Positions 40,681-55,984 of a stretch of 64,000 nt of DNA are shown here, piece by piece (within the stretch, counting starts at the first letter, position 1; every line of letters starts with the position of its first letter). The stretch lies in NCBI RefSeq assembly GCF_009914755.1, contig NC_060931.1; one strand, written 5' to 3'. A program made the position numbers and the translations under genes. The notes below the pieces were generated by a model, which ran no database searches, was not told the origin of the DNA, and saw nothing but the letters and a program-made list of their open reading frames with translations. The stretch is from the human T2T-CHM13v2.0 reference genome, Homo sapiens.

Positions 40681-41540
40681 CCATGAACAGACACTTCTCA
40701 AAAGAAGACATACACACAGCCAGCAAGCATACGAAAAAGATGCTCAACATCACTAATCATTAGAGAAATGCAAATCAAAACCACAGTGAGATTCTATTTC
40801 ACACCAGTCAGAAGGGCTATTACTAAAGTCAAAAAATAACAGATGTTGGAGAGGTTGCAGAGTAACAGGAATGCTTATACACTGCTGGTGGGAATGTAAA
40901 TTAGTTCAGTCACTGTGGAAAGCAGTTCTCTTTGGAGATTTCTCAAAGAGCTTGAAACAGAACTACCATTCGATCCAGCAATCCAGTTACTGGGTGTATA
41001 CCCAAAGGAATATAAGTCATCCTACCAAAATGACACATGCACCCATATGTTCATTGCAGTGTTATTCACAACAGCAAACACATGGAATCAACCCAGGTGC
41101 TCATCAACAGTGGACTGGATAAAGAAAATATGGTACATGTACACCATGGAATACTATGCAGCTATTTAAAAAATCATATTATGCAGCTATTTAAAAAATC
41201 ATGCCCTTTGCAGCAACGTGGATGCAGCTGGAGGCCATTATCCTAAGCAAATTAATGCAAGAAGAGAAAACTACCGCATGTTCTCACTTATAAGTGGGAG
41301 CTAAACACTGAGTACACGTAAATACAAAGATGGGAACAACAAACACCAGAGCCTACTCAAACAGTGAGAGTAGGAAGAGAATGAGGGTCGAAAAGCTACC
41401 TATTGAGTACTATGCCGAATACCTGGGCTATGAAATTATTTGTACACCAAACCCCAGTGACACGATTTACTAGTGTAAAAAACCTGCGCATGTACCCCCT
41501 GAACCAAAAATAAAAGTTGAAATAAAAGAAATAAAATAAA
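40681..41540 (+). mobile_element. 5'-truncated L1PA (L1PA15/16-like) with poly-A and TSD
   Basis: ORF 40915-41169 is the L1 ORF2 C-terminus (LWRFLKELETELPFDPAIQLLGVYPKEY...YTMEYYAAI). 3'UTR and A-rich tail present. TSD TAA(A/G)CCAAT(C/G)TACT at 40667-40680 and 41541-41554, at a TT/AAA site. Confidence 0.95.
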
Positions 41541-42180
41541 TAAGCCAATGTACTTTCTTAACATGAAACCAGAATCCAAATAAGTGAAATGAGTCAAGTG
41601 CCTTTCCTATAAAACATAATTACACACCTGTATACAAAAATATTTTCTATTTGTATTTTAGATATCAAAGACTGTGTTCCCAAGAGTCTAAAATGCCTGT
41701 AGATAATGTGAATACTAAATTCTTTATTCCAATGATCATTAATGTATTTGTCTTCATCCTAAAATAATGTCTCTTCAAAAAGAATAGTTTCACACTGAGT
41801 CTCTAAACTGAGTTACAACTGCACTAACTTTACGGTGCCTCTTTATAAATGTCTTACATCTTATAGATGTTTTCCAATTGTTAATATAATTAACACTCTT
41901 TTTTTTTTAAAGACAGCCATTGTTTCACAAAGAAAATACATACAATTATTTTAGAAAAGTGCAGGCTTTGTATTGTCTTCCTGCTCGTGTGTATTTTCTC
42001 TATCATATTAGTGATTAATTTACACGGAACTGTTAAAGGATTTTTCAGTTATTGTTTAATTTAGGGTAAACTAATTTTATTCAGCAACACTTTGCAATAT
42101 TTCAGGCTAGACAAATCAATTTAAAAACATATAAACAAAGTATGTCATTGTGATATTCAGTGTACTAAGAGATTTTTAAA

Positions 42181-42323
42181 TTTTTTTCAATTTTTATTTT
42201 TATTTTTTTTAGAGATGAGGTCTTACTGTGTTGCACAGGCTAGATTTGAACTCCTGGGCTCAAACAATCCACCCCAGCCTCCTGAGTAGCTGGGAACACA
42301 GACATGCATCACCAGGTCCGGCT
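42181..42323 (-). mobile_element. Alu monomer (FLAM/FAM-like)
   Basis: Single arm: GAGATGAGGTCTTACTGTGTTGCACAGGCT...GAACTCCTGGGCTCAA...GTAGCTGGGA. Confidence 0.85.
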
Positions 42324-42499
42324 ATTCATATTAGACATTTTAGAAAACTTGCCTAAGTAATTCTAGAAGTTGCAAATCATTATTTATTTACTTTCTCTCC
42401 CAAGGAATGTTTGGAAATATTTGAGACTCTGTACTACATAAGTAGACTTATCTTAAATGTTTGTTGAATGACTGAATGAAGAATGAAAATTATTAACAT

Positions 42500-42775
42500 G
42501 GCTGGGCACGGTGGCTCATACCTGTAATTCCAGGACTTTGGGAGGCCAAGGCAGGTGGATCACTTGTGCTTAAGTTAGATACCAGCCTGGGAAACATGGC
42601 AAAACTCCATCTCTACAAAAAATACAAAAATTAGCGGGACATGGTAGCATGCATCTGTAGTCCTAGCTACTCAGGAAACTGAGCCAGGGAGGCAGAGGCT
42701 GCAGTGAGCCGAGATTGTGCCACTGCACTCCAGTCTGGGCAACAGAGCCAGACCCTGTTGAAAAGAAGAAAAAAG
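42500..42775 (+). mobile_element. AluJ with right-arm deletion
   Basis: TSD AAATTATTAACAT at 42487-42499 and 42776-42788. Confidence 0.95.
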
Positions 42776-42925
42776 AAATTATTAACATGTTAGAAAACAA
42801 AAAATGCAACTAAGCTTTTTACTCTAACAGTAACTGGCCTATCAACTAAGATGAATAGATCTTCCATGAGGGTCAACTTTTTAATAAGCTTTGAAACACA
42901 AATGTTCAACATTTTTAATTCTATT

Positions 42926-43129
42926 TATGCTACTTCAGTAGGTAAAAGGAAACAGTTCACTGTTCATGCAGACACTTAAGACACTAGAAAATCAACCACT
43001 GAGGTAATGAATAGTGTTTTGTGCATGCAAACTTAGAAAATATAATTTACAGGCATAAAATAAAATTTGTAACAATGGCAACGGAAATGAAACAACCAGA
43101 ATATAGTCACATGATATGGTTCCTTAAAG
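42926..43129 (+). repeat. Local duplication, copy A (partner 44127-44330)
   Basis: Hand alignment gives 204 bp, no indels, about 21 mismatches. Confidence 0.95.
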
Positions 43130-44126
43130 CGCATTAGCCCAACAGCAAGGAAGCCTTAATTTTATTTTTATATTGTCATAATTATTCTTGGCTTATGATC
43201 TTTTGAAAATTGAATATCTAATTATAAACTTCTAAAACAAAAATACAAAAGCAAGATTTGTATCATCCCTAGTCACGATGGTATGTGGAAAAGAAGAGGC
43301 TGAATAGAATATGTTTTGCAAATAAGCTACTCAAGTGGTTGCTTTATTCACCAAGCTAATATGTACGCTGTATTTAAAATTAATATTTTCTGTCCAATTA
43401 CATGAAATAATTGTTTATAATACCTCAAATGATGAGATGCTTAAGAATAATTTTGTAAGTACAAAAATAAGTCCACTAATTATGAAAAGTAAATAACCTC
43501 AAGTAATATTTAAAACTTGCTATAATGAGTTTTTTATTTAAATGCTACCATTCATTCTCTCATATGAAAAATTGACAGAATTCCAACTGCAAAAAAAAAA
43601 AACTCTTACTTTTAAGAGCACTCAGACACTTTCATTCATTTACAATCCATAACTTCCAGTTCAAGAATCTAATTTGGAGTTCAGAGTAAATGTTGAAGGT
43701 GGGAACCATGTTTATCTTGTTCACTGCTATATCTTTAGTAGGAGTTCAGTTAATATATTATGAGTAACTGAAGAAACAAAACTAAATCAAAAAAATAAAT
43801 AAATATGGTAAAAGCATTTGTGGTTTTCATACAGAAGAACAAAACTTCCTACCAGGCATTTTCCAACCAAAATATCCTGATACAAAAGGCTAAATTTCTT
43901 GGGGACACTGAGTAAATTTGTAATCAACTTATTGTCCAGGAATTTAGAAAATGATTTTAAGAATTAAGCTAATTCTCTCCATTGATAAGAAGAGGAAGAA
44001 TTGACATGCTAAGTCATAATTTCTTGATCCAAATAAGTGTGATGATACTAGGCAAGTAAAGACCATGGTATACAAAGGTCTGGATCCTGGGCAAACCCCA
44101 ACTCATTTCAAAATTTCAACTTTGTA

Positions 44127-44330
44127 TATGCTACTTGAATAGGTAAAAGGAAACAGCTTACTGTTCATGCAGGAACTCAAGACACTGGAAAACCAGCCAC
44201 TGGTGTAATAAATAGTGTTATGTGCACCCAAACTTAGAAAATATAATTTAAAGGCATAAAATAAAATTTCTAACAATGGCAATGGAAACTAAACAACCAG
44301 AATATAGTCACATGATATGGTTCCTTAAAG
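44127..44330 (+). repeat. Local duplication, copy B (partner 42926-43129)
   Basis: Same alignment, offset 1201 bp; the last 40 bp are identical. Confidence 0.95.
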
Positions 44331-44342
44331 AAGAACCATATG

Positions 44343-44658
<316 letters not shown>

Positions 44659-46014
44659 CATATGGTATCCTGTCACCTGGGTTCTCTCTCCTATTCTTAT
44701 TCTCCCAGTCCACTTCATAGCCTTTTATCTGTGCTTCTTTAAACACATTGAAGGATGGGGTGCCAATTTTTGCACTGTGCCCATGGTGATATATCTCCCT
44801 GTAGCATTTAACCCAAGAACCCCCAAATACAGGTCGATACACTCTGAAGCCTTTGATAAATATTTGAGTTATCATGGGAGCAAAATTAAACAATACTGAC
44901 AGTGAAGTAAGCTTTTAATTTTTTAAAAAAATTTAAGATCTACTGATTATTACAAAATGTTTTTAAATAACCTAGTCATGATATTAAATATCTGATTTTT
45001 TAAATAAAAAATGAAGTAGGTAAACTTTGCTGTCACCAAGTACAAATAATTCAAAACATGTAGACAGTTGGTAATAGAAAAACACATTCTGAGGCTCAGT
45101 AACAAGAAGAGGAAACATTGCGCGTGTGAGAAGAAAACAAGATTAAAGGAGCAAATTTCAGTCTCCATTTACAACTGTCATTGACTGATGAAGGCAGAAA
45201 GTCTAGGAGTAGTATGAATAGGCCCCATTCCTCTTTTATTCATCTTCCTGAAAGCACCCAGGTACCCCTGATAGGTCTGTGAAGAATGGCATTCAACTAT
45301 ATAAAAAAGAAGGTTTTTTTGTTGTTGTTGTTTTGGTTTTTTTTTAATGAAACTAGCCTTGTTTCTCAAAGACTCTTTTCTTTTTTCTTTAATTCACTAG
45401 AATCTGACCAAGTTATGTTTGAAAGTCTTACAATATACTCTATATATTGTACGTGATTATATGGAAAAGGAGAATGTCACTTATCCCAAAATAAATAGTC
45501 CTCTACTTAGGCAAATGGTTTATTACGATGTTATGCGGGATTTTAATCAAGTTAGAGCTGATGTGTCTGAGTTTGTTTTAAAAGAACTCAACATATGTTA
45601 AGCCACTCTACAAGAAGGGTTTAATTATTAAGGCATCAACTTCAAAGTTCAGAGATGCATGAAGACTAATGTATTTGGATTCATAGGATTCACTTTTACG
45701 AGAGGGAGCCTACTGCTGTTTCAGAATAGATATGACAGGTTTTCCATCAGACCGGTGAATGGGAGTTTTTATCCAAAGATTTTTTGCCTAAGATTATTAG
45801 GTAATGAAATTAATTAATTAACCATGCGAAATTGTTATATATATATATACAGTCTCATAATTTCTGTTAATAAGTAAACAAACAAATAAATAAATATATA
45901 AAATATACCGCAACTCCACATAATATTCAAGGAGTTATAGCAGAATCATGGAACCATTAAGCTAACGTCATTACCATCTTCTCTCAGGCTTTAAAGTAAC
46001 ACTTCCTTTTCCTT

Positions 46015-46039
46015 ACACACACACACACACACACACACA

Positions 46040-46086
<47 letters not shown>
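46015..46086 (+). repeat. Compound microsatellite (AC)13(TC)13(AC)10
   Basis: Seen directly. Confidence 0.97.
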
Positions 46087-46087
<1 letters not shown>

Positions 46088-46424
46088 AACACATGCACAT
46101 GCAAACATTTTATACCCCCTTCCTTTTCCTGTATACATCTGTGGCTAAACCAAGCCACTATATGCCCTTTACTATCAAACTTGAAAAAAATTCTCCTCTG
46201 GGGAATTGTTAATTTTCAGATATCAATGAAATATTTATTTAGTGACTTCAATCCATTTCGTAGGAGAATCAAAGAAACATAAAGTAGACTTAAAGATTTA
46301 AAAGGTTTTGCACTCAAATTTAGGAGACATTTTACATGTTCAATGGAAATGTAATATATTAATAGTAATATAATAGACAAGTTTGGACAAAAAGAATGTC
46401 AAAAAGTTTAAACAAAGGTAATAG

Positions 46425-46625
46425 ACATGGGTTTAAAACCTGACCCAGAAGATACTGGTTGGCTAGTGTTTAACTTTTGGTATTCTATTTTTCTGGTATG
46501 CAAAATGCAGATACTAGTTACTGTATACCATGGTCACTGCCAAGATTGGAAACAAGTCATGATAAATGCCTAACATTGGACCAAATATAGGCATTTGAAT
46601 CAGAAAATAAGCGTGTATTATTATT
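46425..46625 (+). mobile_element. MIR (degenerate)
   Basis: AGACATGGGTTTAAAACCTGAC...TGCAAAATGCAGATA. Confidence 0.5.
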
Positions 46626-46769
46626 AATGGTATTTCATGGCATTAATAGTTCAATCATGTTTGGTTGTGATCTGCCCTCCCTTCACCATCCCCTATCCCC
46701 TACAACTTTGTTTATACTTCTCTTATGACGCTTACATTCAGTCTGCTGTGATTATTAAACACTGTGCTA

Positions 46770-47025
46770 TTGGTGAGCTGTATGAAGGCAAGTGTTATGA
46801 TTTGCTTGTGTTTGTATCCTCCAAAGCAGAGCTTTTCCAACTTCATACCTAGGGATCTTGCTACCATAAGATTTGATTTTGGCTTAGCAGTATAGGTGAG
46901 GTTCTGAGACTGTGCATTTTCAACAATGCTCCTGGTTCCTCTAACCAAACTTTGAGTATTAAAGTTCTATAGCACTTAGCACAATGCCTTACATTTGAGA
47001 GATAGTCAATAATATTTATTTGATT
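46770..47025 (+). mobile_element. L2 terminus interrupted by MER5A (~46825-46968)
   Basis: L2: GTGAGCTGTATGAAGGCA...GCACTTAGCACAATGCCT...TCAATAATATTT. MER5A: CTGAGACTGTGCATTTTCAACAA...CTTTGAGTA. Confidence 0.65.
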
Positions 47026-47848
47026 AAAAATATAACATTAAACACATTATTTAAATTGTAAAATGGATGATAGAAACAATAATTTTTAAAATATGTTCAG
47101 AGGGAGGAGGTATAGAAAGCATTGTGGTATAAGAATTTAACCAGGTCCTGAAGAATTACAAAAATGTGAATGGCTGAAGTGGAGGGAAAGCAATTCTAGA
47201 TGTGTAGAAGAATTTGAGCCAAACTGTGGATGGAGCAAAGTACAAGGAATGTTCAGGGCTTAATACAGCCAGTGTGACTAAATCATAAGATTTAGATTAG
47301 ATAAAAAATAATTAGAAAATGTTAGTTGATGCAAATATTGTCTGACAAGCAATGCACAAAGACAAAGTTTTTAAGCAGAGTCTGTGAAGTAACCGTTTTG
47401 TTTTAGGAAAGTTATTCTGTATAAAATTGTCAATGGCAAAGAAAAAAATGAAAGATGTATGGTTCAAAAAGGTCTTAACTATACTTCTAACTGTATATTC
47501 AATTAAGCTTCCAGGATTTAAATTTAACACCAGTGTAAAGCATCCTTACACATCCCTCCGTTTGTTATGTTAAATCGCATTCTAACTAAGACTGAAAACA
47601 AGTAATCAGGAGTATCAGTATATTTCCCTCTCGAGATAAATTTGCTCATGGATTTTTCTACTAAAAGTACACATTAATATGGTGCAGCTTTCCTGGATTT
47701 AGCCATCTCCAGACTTTTCAGATCTCCAGCAAATTTATTTATTGCATTATATCGGAAGAGAGATATTTAGCACATATTGTCATTATTTTTGTATCCAATA
47801 ATATTGCAATTAGACAGAAACACATGAAATTATTAAAAACCCATGGTG

Positions 47849-48174
<326 letters not shown>

Positions 48175-50034
48175 TCAAGTATCTTCCATAGTAGATAAAA
48201 ATGTGAAAAACAGAAATGACATTTTCTCATAATACATTCAATGGTAGAGCAAGCAAGCAGTCATTGCAAAGCAGTTTTGATTATATTGTAAAAGAATTGA
48301 CATAAATTTTGATTATAAATTTATGAAGTTCACAGCTGAGAAAAATCACTCACTAATGTATATCTCAAAGTATCTAATTGCAATTTTGCCTATTATGTGA
48401 TTCATTGCCGAAGGGAAACTAGAATGAGACTTGGCCCATACTCTGTAGTATTAACATCTGACTATAGTATATAGCTGCCATAAAATTAACCGAGGAGTAG
48501 GCCTCATAAGTGATGTCTAAGATTAAGTGATTTAGTGTATTGCATCACTTAGATCCGATGAAGTAGAGTAACTAATTGGCAGAGGAAAAAAATCTAAAAA
48601 CATAGTAAAATAGCAAAGCAAGGCAACTGCCATTAACAGAAAAATGTAATGGTCTCATTAAAGACATTGCATGCAGTCTCCATTCCAATTTTCACAACTC
48701 TGGATTTTTCTCTAAGCTTTGCAAAAATATTATCTACTATCATATAATTTTAACTTTAATTCAAATGCAAAATAATGTATTTTAGAACTTCATTATTGGT
48801 TTCATACATATGTTGCGGTGTTTTATGTACAATGTCAATCATTTCAATTGATTTCTTGCCCCTACTTTTAAAATCTGAGATAGAGTAATTCATTTAGTTA
48901 AAACAGAAAAGTCCTAAGGTCCATTAACTCATACTATATATTTGGGAGTTATTACTTGTGGAATTTTACTTGTGGAAAACTCAGTAGAAATCATGGAGAA
49001 ATTCAAAAGAATATTAAAATAAGGTACATACATAAATGTATCTAAGCTTTTTGAATTGTGAAATCTGACTGAAAAATTTATGGGATAACTTTCTTATGAG
49101 AAGGTTGAAGAAATCTTGGATATGTCAGACAAAAAGAACAATAATAAGAAACTTGAAAACCTTTGAATTCAGTGGTGATATAGGTTTTATAGTTTACTAT
49201 CATTGATTAAAATAAATCCTTGATAAAAAATTTTGTCCTAACTTTGAAAATTGGAAAAGTGAAAATTTAAAGTACCTTCATAAAATTACTTGGGAAGAAC
49301 ATAATTTTAAATATGTAAGCAAGGACAATAGTGCACTTTAAATTTTGGAACATTTTACAATCCAAACAAGAACCCATTTTCAATTATTCTAAGAACATTT
49401 ATACTTATTACAGTTTTTGTTTTAAATTTAAGATTACTATTAAGAATGTGTGGTCTGCATTAATATTCGATCATGTACTTTTCTTGAATTTTCTTTTTTA
49501 TTGCTTCATAAATACATAGTTTGTAAATTTGCCTGGTCCATTTTTGTTTCTACATAAAAAACCAGATTGTAAGAAGAGTAAGTTAATGTTCTAGATATAA
49601 AATAAAAGTATTTATTCAAAACCTACATCATATTTAAGCATTCCAGTGGGGAAGACATACAAGAGTAGCATGGCCTCTTCTTTTAAATATCATATGCTCA
49701 CTTTAGATGTAGCAATGATTCATAAAAGTATGTCCATTATCATTTTGTATTTTCGAGTATGTATTTCTAATGAAAAGTGGGATAAAAGGGTGATCATAAT
49801 TAGTTGGTACTCACCAAAATGATTCCTGAGATTAATGAGTTTGGTAACAAGGTCATGGATGTGTGGCTGTAGTATAAGTGTCATAGTCAATCAACACTAT
49901 TTAAGTCCAACAATAGCAAAGAAAAATGACACATCTCTAGATCAGTCTATAATTGATGGCACTAATCTCTTCTGGAATATTGGAATTAATTTCAAAATAA
50001 ATGTTACAGTAGTCTGCATTGCACATTAAGATGT

Positions 50035-50220
50035 ATAGATTCAATATGCAAATCTGATTCACTGCATGACCTTGGGCAAAGTATTGCCTTTCTCTTTGTA
50101 AGATTTTCTTCCTATTTTTAAAAATTAGATTATAGTTTCTTCCCTATACCATTCATAATGTTCTTTGAAAGACCAAATGAAGCCCATGGCAAATATACTT
50201 TGAAAAGCATAATATGCTAA
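50035..50220 (+). mobile_element. MIR
   Basis: CTGCATGACCTTGGGCAAAGTATT. Confidence 0.65.
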
Positions 50221-50494
50221 AGAAATGTCTCACTCCAAAAAAGTCCCTAAAGAAATCCTCGGGCCTGTTTTCTCATGATCCCTAAGTTCCTTTCCATTGC
50301 TGCGATGTACACTACACTGTCTTGGTCTCTTTGAAATTCTCTGTGATTTTTATCTACAGTTGGTTAAGATCCAGTCCCATTTGTGCACAGTATGGTGTCC
50401 ATCATACACCAAGAGGCTATTGTATTTCAATGTTACTTCAAAGAAGTACTTAGCACAGCAGAAACCTGGATGCAACTGGAAATTAAGTTCACCA

Positions 50495-50630
50495 TTTCCA
50501 CAAACCCTTATTAAGCATCTGTCACGTGTCCAGCATTGTGCTCGTCGTGAGAATACAGAGAAGGACAGCTCTGCCTTGTGGAATTTTTTTATGTAGAAGA
50601 AGAGAAAGGCAAATAAACATATATTAATAT
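50495..50630 (-). mobile_element. L2 3' fragment
   Basis: TTATTAAGCATCTG..ACGTGTCCAGCATTGTGCT...GAATACAGAG...CTGCCTTGTGGAA. Confidence 0.6.
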
Positions 50631-52197
50631 TCTACTTTCAATATAATTATTTTTAAAATGAATATGAGAATAAACATATGAGAAATGTTATTCTTTGCTA
50701 AAAGGAATAAACATATAAGGAGTGTTTATTCCTTTTATCAATAGCTATGTGATTTAATTTATTATCATCCAGTTCATGAAAAGAAGTTTCAATTAATAAT
50801 ATGATTCCATTCAAAGTATTGATTTATATCAAATTTTCCAATAATTTCCTATTTTGGAAAGTAAAGTTCCTATTAAATGTTACCTACTATAGTTTATTTC
50901 AGTCCTTTAAAAATTACTCTTTAATTCATTTGTCTATGTCCTTCTAGCAGTCACATATATAAGCTTCCTGATGAGCTAGCCTTTTCTATTGAATTAAAAT
51001 GACATGTTTTGGTCTATACTACAGTTTAAGGCAGGAGGAGTAAAGCAGTGGCCCAAATAGTCTAATCAATATTTCATGCTTATAGAATTGTATATAGCAG
51101 TTATAATAAAGTATCTATAAACTAAATAAATTATATAATTATGTAATTTTAGGTGAATTTATAATACATAGAACACATATATGGATTATATATAATATTA
51201 AAACCATCTATTAATGTATTATAAAGAGGAGAAAAAAATCCATTTATTTGCATACATATAATATTTGCTGTTACCATCACCTTGGCTGGGCGGGCCTTAA
51301 GGAGTCTAATATTAAGGCATCAATTAATCTACAATAATTAGTAATTTTTTAAATGTTTAAATACTTTGTTAGACCAGGAAATTTGACATTTAAAAAAAAT
51401 GCACATGTTGGTTCCAAGAATCTTCAGCTCTAAGGAAATATAATAGCTTTTTTGTTTTTAATCTAAGAAACACTGATAGCAATGAATGTTCAAAGATATA
51501 GAGAAGAGAACCAGATTTTAAGATGCCAATTGCATTATAAAAAATAAGCGAACACTCAAATAACTTAGGCAGATTCTGATTCAGTCTCCTCTCGTGAGTT
51601 GAGGACAGTAAGCAGAAAGCCAAAGGTGCAAAAATCTAAACTATAAACCAAATTCATGCTATTTTCTGAGCAGCCAGGTCACTTTTGGGGTGAAACCTCA
51701 GTACTCTTAGTTACTGTAACAAAAACACAAAGTGAGCAAATCAGTGTTTCACAGTCCAGGGATCAAGGGAATATGTACATTGCCAGGCACTGAGGCAAAG
51801 TTAGCTGCAACACTGCCAACCAAATATAACTGTCCTCACAGGAAATCCCCTCTGAGGTAATCCTAATTTTTCAATGATTGCTTCTCCATGTGAATAAGTC
51901 AAGATTTGAGAGGAGGTTCAATATGTAATCGAATGAACTAAGAATGCTGTTTCTCTTGGCACATATCTGTCATAAATAAGAATACACTAATGAAATCAGA
52001 GCTAACTATGTCCCTAGGGTAGAAAGTTCTTTCCCTTATGTGCCTAGGAATTCTAGAGGCTATTGAAGGATCCTATTCCTTAAGCCCAAGTGCCCAGTTC
52101 CAGCCACCGCATAAATGGATAGCACCCCAGGAAACTTCTATAATTAAATCCATATTTACCACATTCTCCACACCATCCCTTCATGCAGCTTTTCTGA

Positions 52198-53410
<1,213 letters not shown>

Positions 53411-55984
53411 AAAGAAGTCCCAGGGCTGACATTTAGGGAAGATAAATAAGATGGCCAAACAGCCTTGGCAATTCTCTCACTAAGGAATAAGGTCTCAAAA
53501 GACAGTGTAGATAAGTAGTTAGCAAGTCGGTTTCATATTAATGCACCAGACACAAACAGTAGTGACCTCAGTACACTGAGGCAATCACTCTTTGGTGAGT
53601 AAAAATTCATTAAAATTTTGGAATTGACCGAGGCACTATAGTATCCTAAAGAAAGAAATGTGAGGCAGAATCCATAGACAGTGATTTGAAAAGTTAAAGT
53701 TGCTGTTGCATTTCTTCAATGTGAAAAAAAGCCTCCTTTTTTCCCCCAAACTATTTAAAATTTTAGATGTCAATTTCCATTGCTTTGGTTATGAAATATC
53801 CAGCTATGTTCAACCAGGTCCATTCCTTCAGGTATATATGGTACAGAAACTGTTATACCAAAATGTTCGGATTTTTTATATTTCATAACAGCTTATTATT
53901 AATTTTAAATAAAGGAATTGTGGGGAAAACATAGTTAATACAAATATCTATAATCTATAATCTATAAATATCTATAAAATACTAGTAAAGCTCCTTCTTA
54001 TTGCCTATATCATTAGGGAATTCCCAGACCATTAAAAGAATGACAGAATTGTGATATCTCGCTTAAAAGGTATTGAGTCATGCTTTTCACAATTTGGCTT
54101 TCTAAGATAAGTCACATGAGTTTTAAAACATCTAAGTTGAAGTTTTGCATTTTCATTTGTTTTTATGTTAATGTGAAAATTATTCTTGCCAGAAGCAGAC
54201 TACAACAGTATTTTAAAGAAGAAATTGAAATTAGGTATATGTGCCTGTTAATGTTATGAGAATCGCACTAACTGCATCTGCTAAATAAGTCTGTAAATTA
54301 GAAAATCTTTGGTTTAGTGATTACATCAGCCTTAAGGAGCTGCAGTTTAAAAGAGATTAAATGTGTTTCTAACAACTGCTTTCAAAACTGTTGATAGCAA
54401 AGGAAATGAACACCTACTATCTTAAGAAATGTCTGAAAATTTTATCAAGGTAATCTTTTGATTTTCTTGCATTCACGTGGCATTAAATTGAATGTAAGGT
54501 CTTATAAAATAATACTGTTGCAAGTATAAATAGTATTCTTATCATCTTTATCTATTGAGTCATTATCAATCCAAATATTTTTCTGAGATGCCATTGTACT
54601 TGTCATAAAAAATATGAACTATATTCATAAAAAATGAATATAGTGTATGAAGTAGGCCAGTATTCAGATAGTCAATTTCAATTTGAGGCTCAGTGATTTT
54701 AATAATCAAAGCTAGTATCTAATGTTATTAAAAATAATAAGTTTAAAAAATAAAATTGTAGGGACTCATTACTTTGTGAAGGCTTAAGATAATGCAAATG
54801 CGAAAGATCACATTAAAAATCCAAGCTTTTGTATGAGCATTTTTCACTTCCTAGGAGGATAAACAGAGAAATCAACATTGGGATTTTCCTCTGGCAAGAT
54901 ATAAAATTGCATATTCTACTTGATGGAATGCTTTCTAAAACAGCATATTTAACTATTTTATAAAGTTGCATTTCTGGATGATATACAGAAAGGAACAACT
55001 GTCATTTGAACTGCATATTTCATCGCATAGATTGGCTTTTATATCTGTAAATAGAAAATGTGGACAAGTAATTTTATATGTACATAATTTATTTTATCAG
55101 CTTATGATAAGAGCATCAAGTACAAATAGTTCATTGTTTTCAATTTAACGTAGAAATGGGGATTGCATATTCTTCATTATACAAATGTACAGACTCCATT
55201 TTGAAAGTTTCTTACTAAGGAATAACAGAGAATGATTAAAATGATAGATACCCTATGTGGTAAGCATTGTCCTCATTGTATTAATGTATTCAGTATGTTG
55301 TGGCTTCACAGTGAAATCATCAGCCTAGTGTCTCAATTCATGATGTCAGGACTCCCAACCCGATTTTAGGTTCTTGTCATTACTCTAATACCCCAATTTC
55401 CTGGGAAGATAAATGGATTTCTATATATTTTTGTAACCTCTCTGAGACATAGCATGGTTTCTATGTGATTAGAGAAGAGCAATGCCAGTAAATTATATTC
55501 ATAATGCAGCATCTGCTATTAAAGTCTTTTAATTTTCTATTTAAAAAAAGATGGTACAGAATATCTCATAATTCTACAATTTGCTGTCATTAGTATGTAA
55601 TTTCAGCAGCATATATGCACACGTGCTGAACAGCGAGAAACAAGGGCATAATTTCAGAAAATAAATACTTCTGTCTTGCACTTGTAAACACCTTGCATCT
55701 GAGAAATTGAAAGTAGTTTAACGAAATGAATTTTCAAAGCCAGAGACAACAATCTGTAAATTACAGTTACTACTTTTTTTAGAGAGGTGAAGTACACAAT
55801 GTAGAGAGTAAGAAAATGGCTCTCTCTGGAGTTATTTGGGGAATGAAAAGTACATACTGAAAGTATCTTTTACTACTGATATATGATAGTCTTTCCATTT
55901 TATAACAAGATTTTTTAAAACTTATACTTGGACAAAATCTCCTACACCATGTCTGTTTGTTTAATTTTACTAAAAAATAATAAG

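Noticed and set aside
40871-41246. ORFs with real protein similarity
   Set aside because: Frameshifted C-terminus of L1 ORF2 in a 5'-truncated, dead element.
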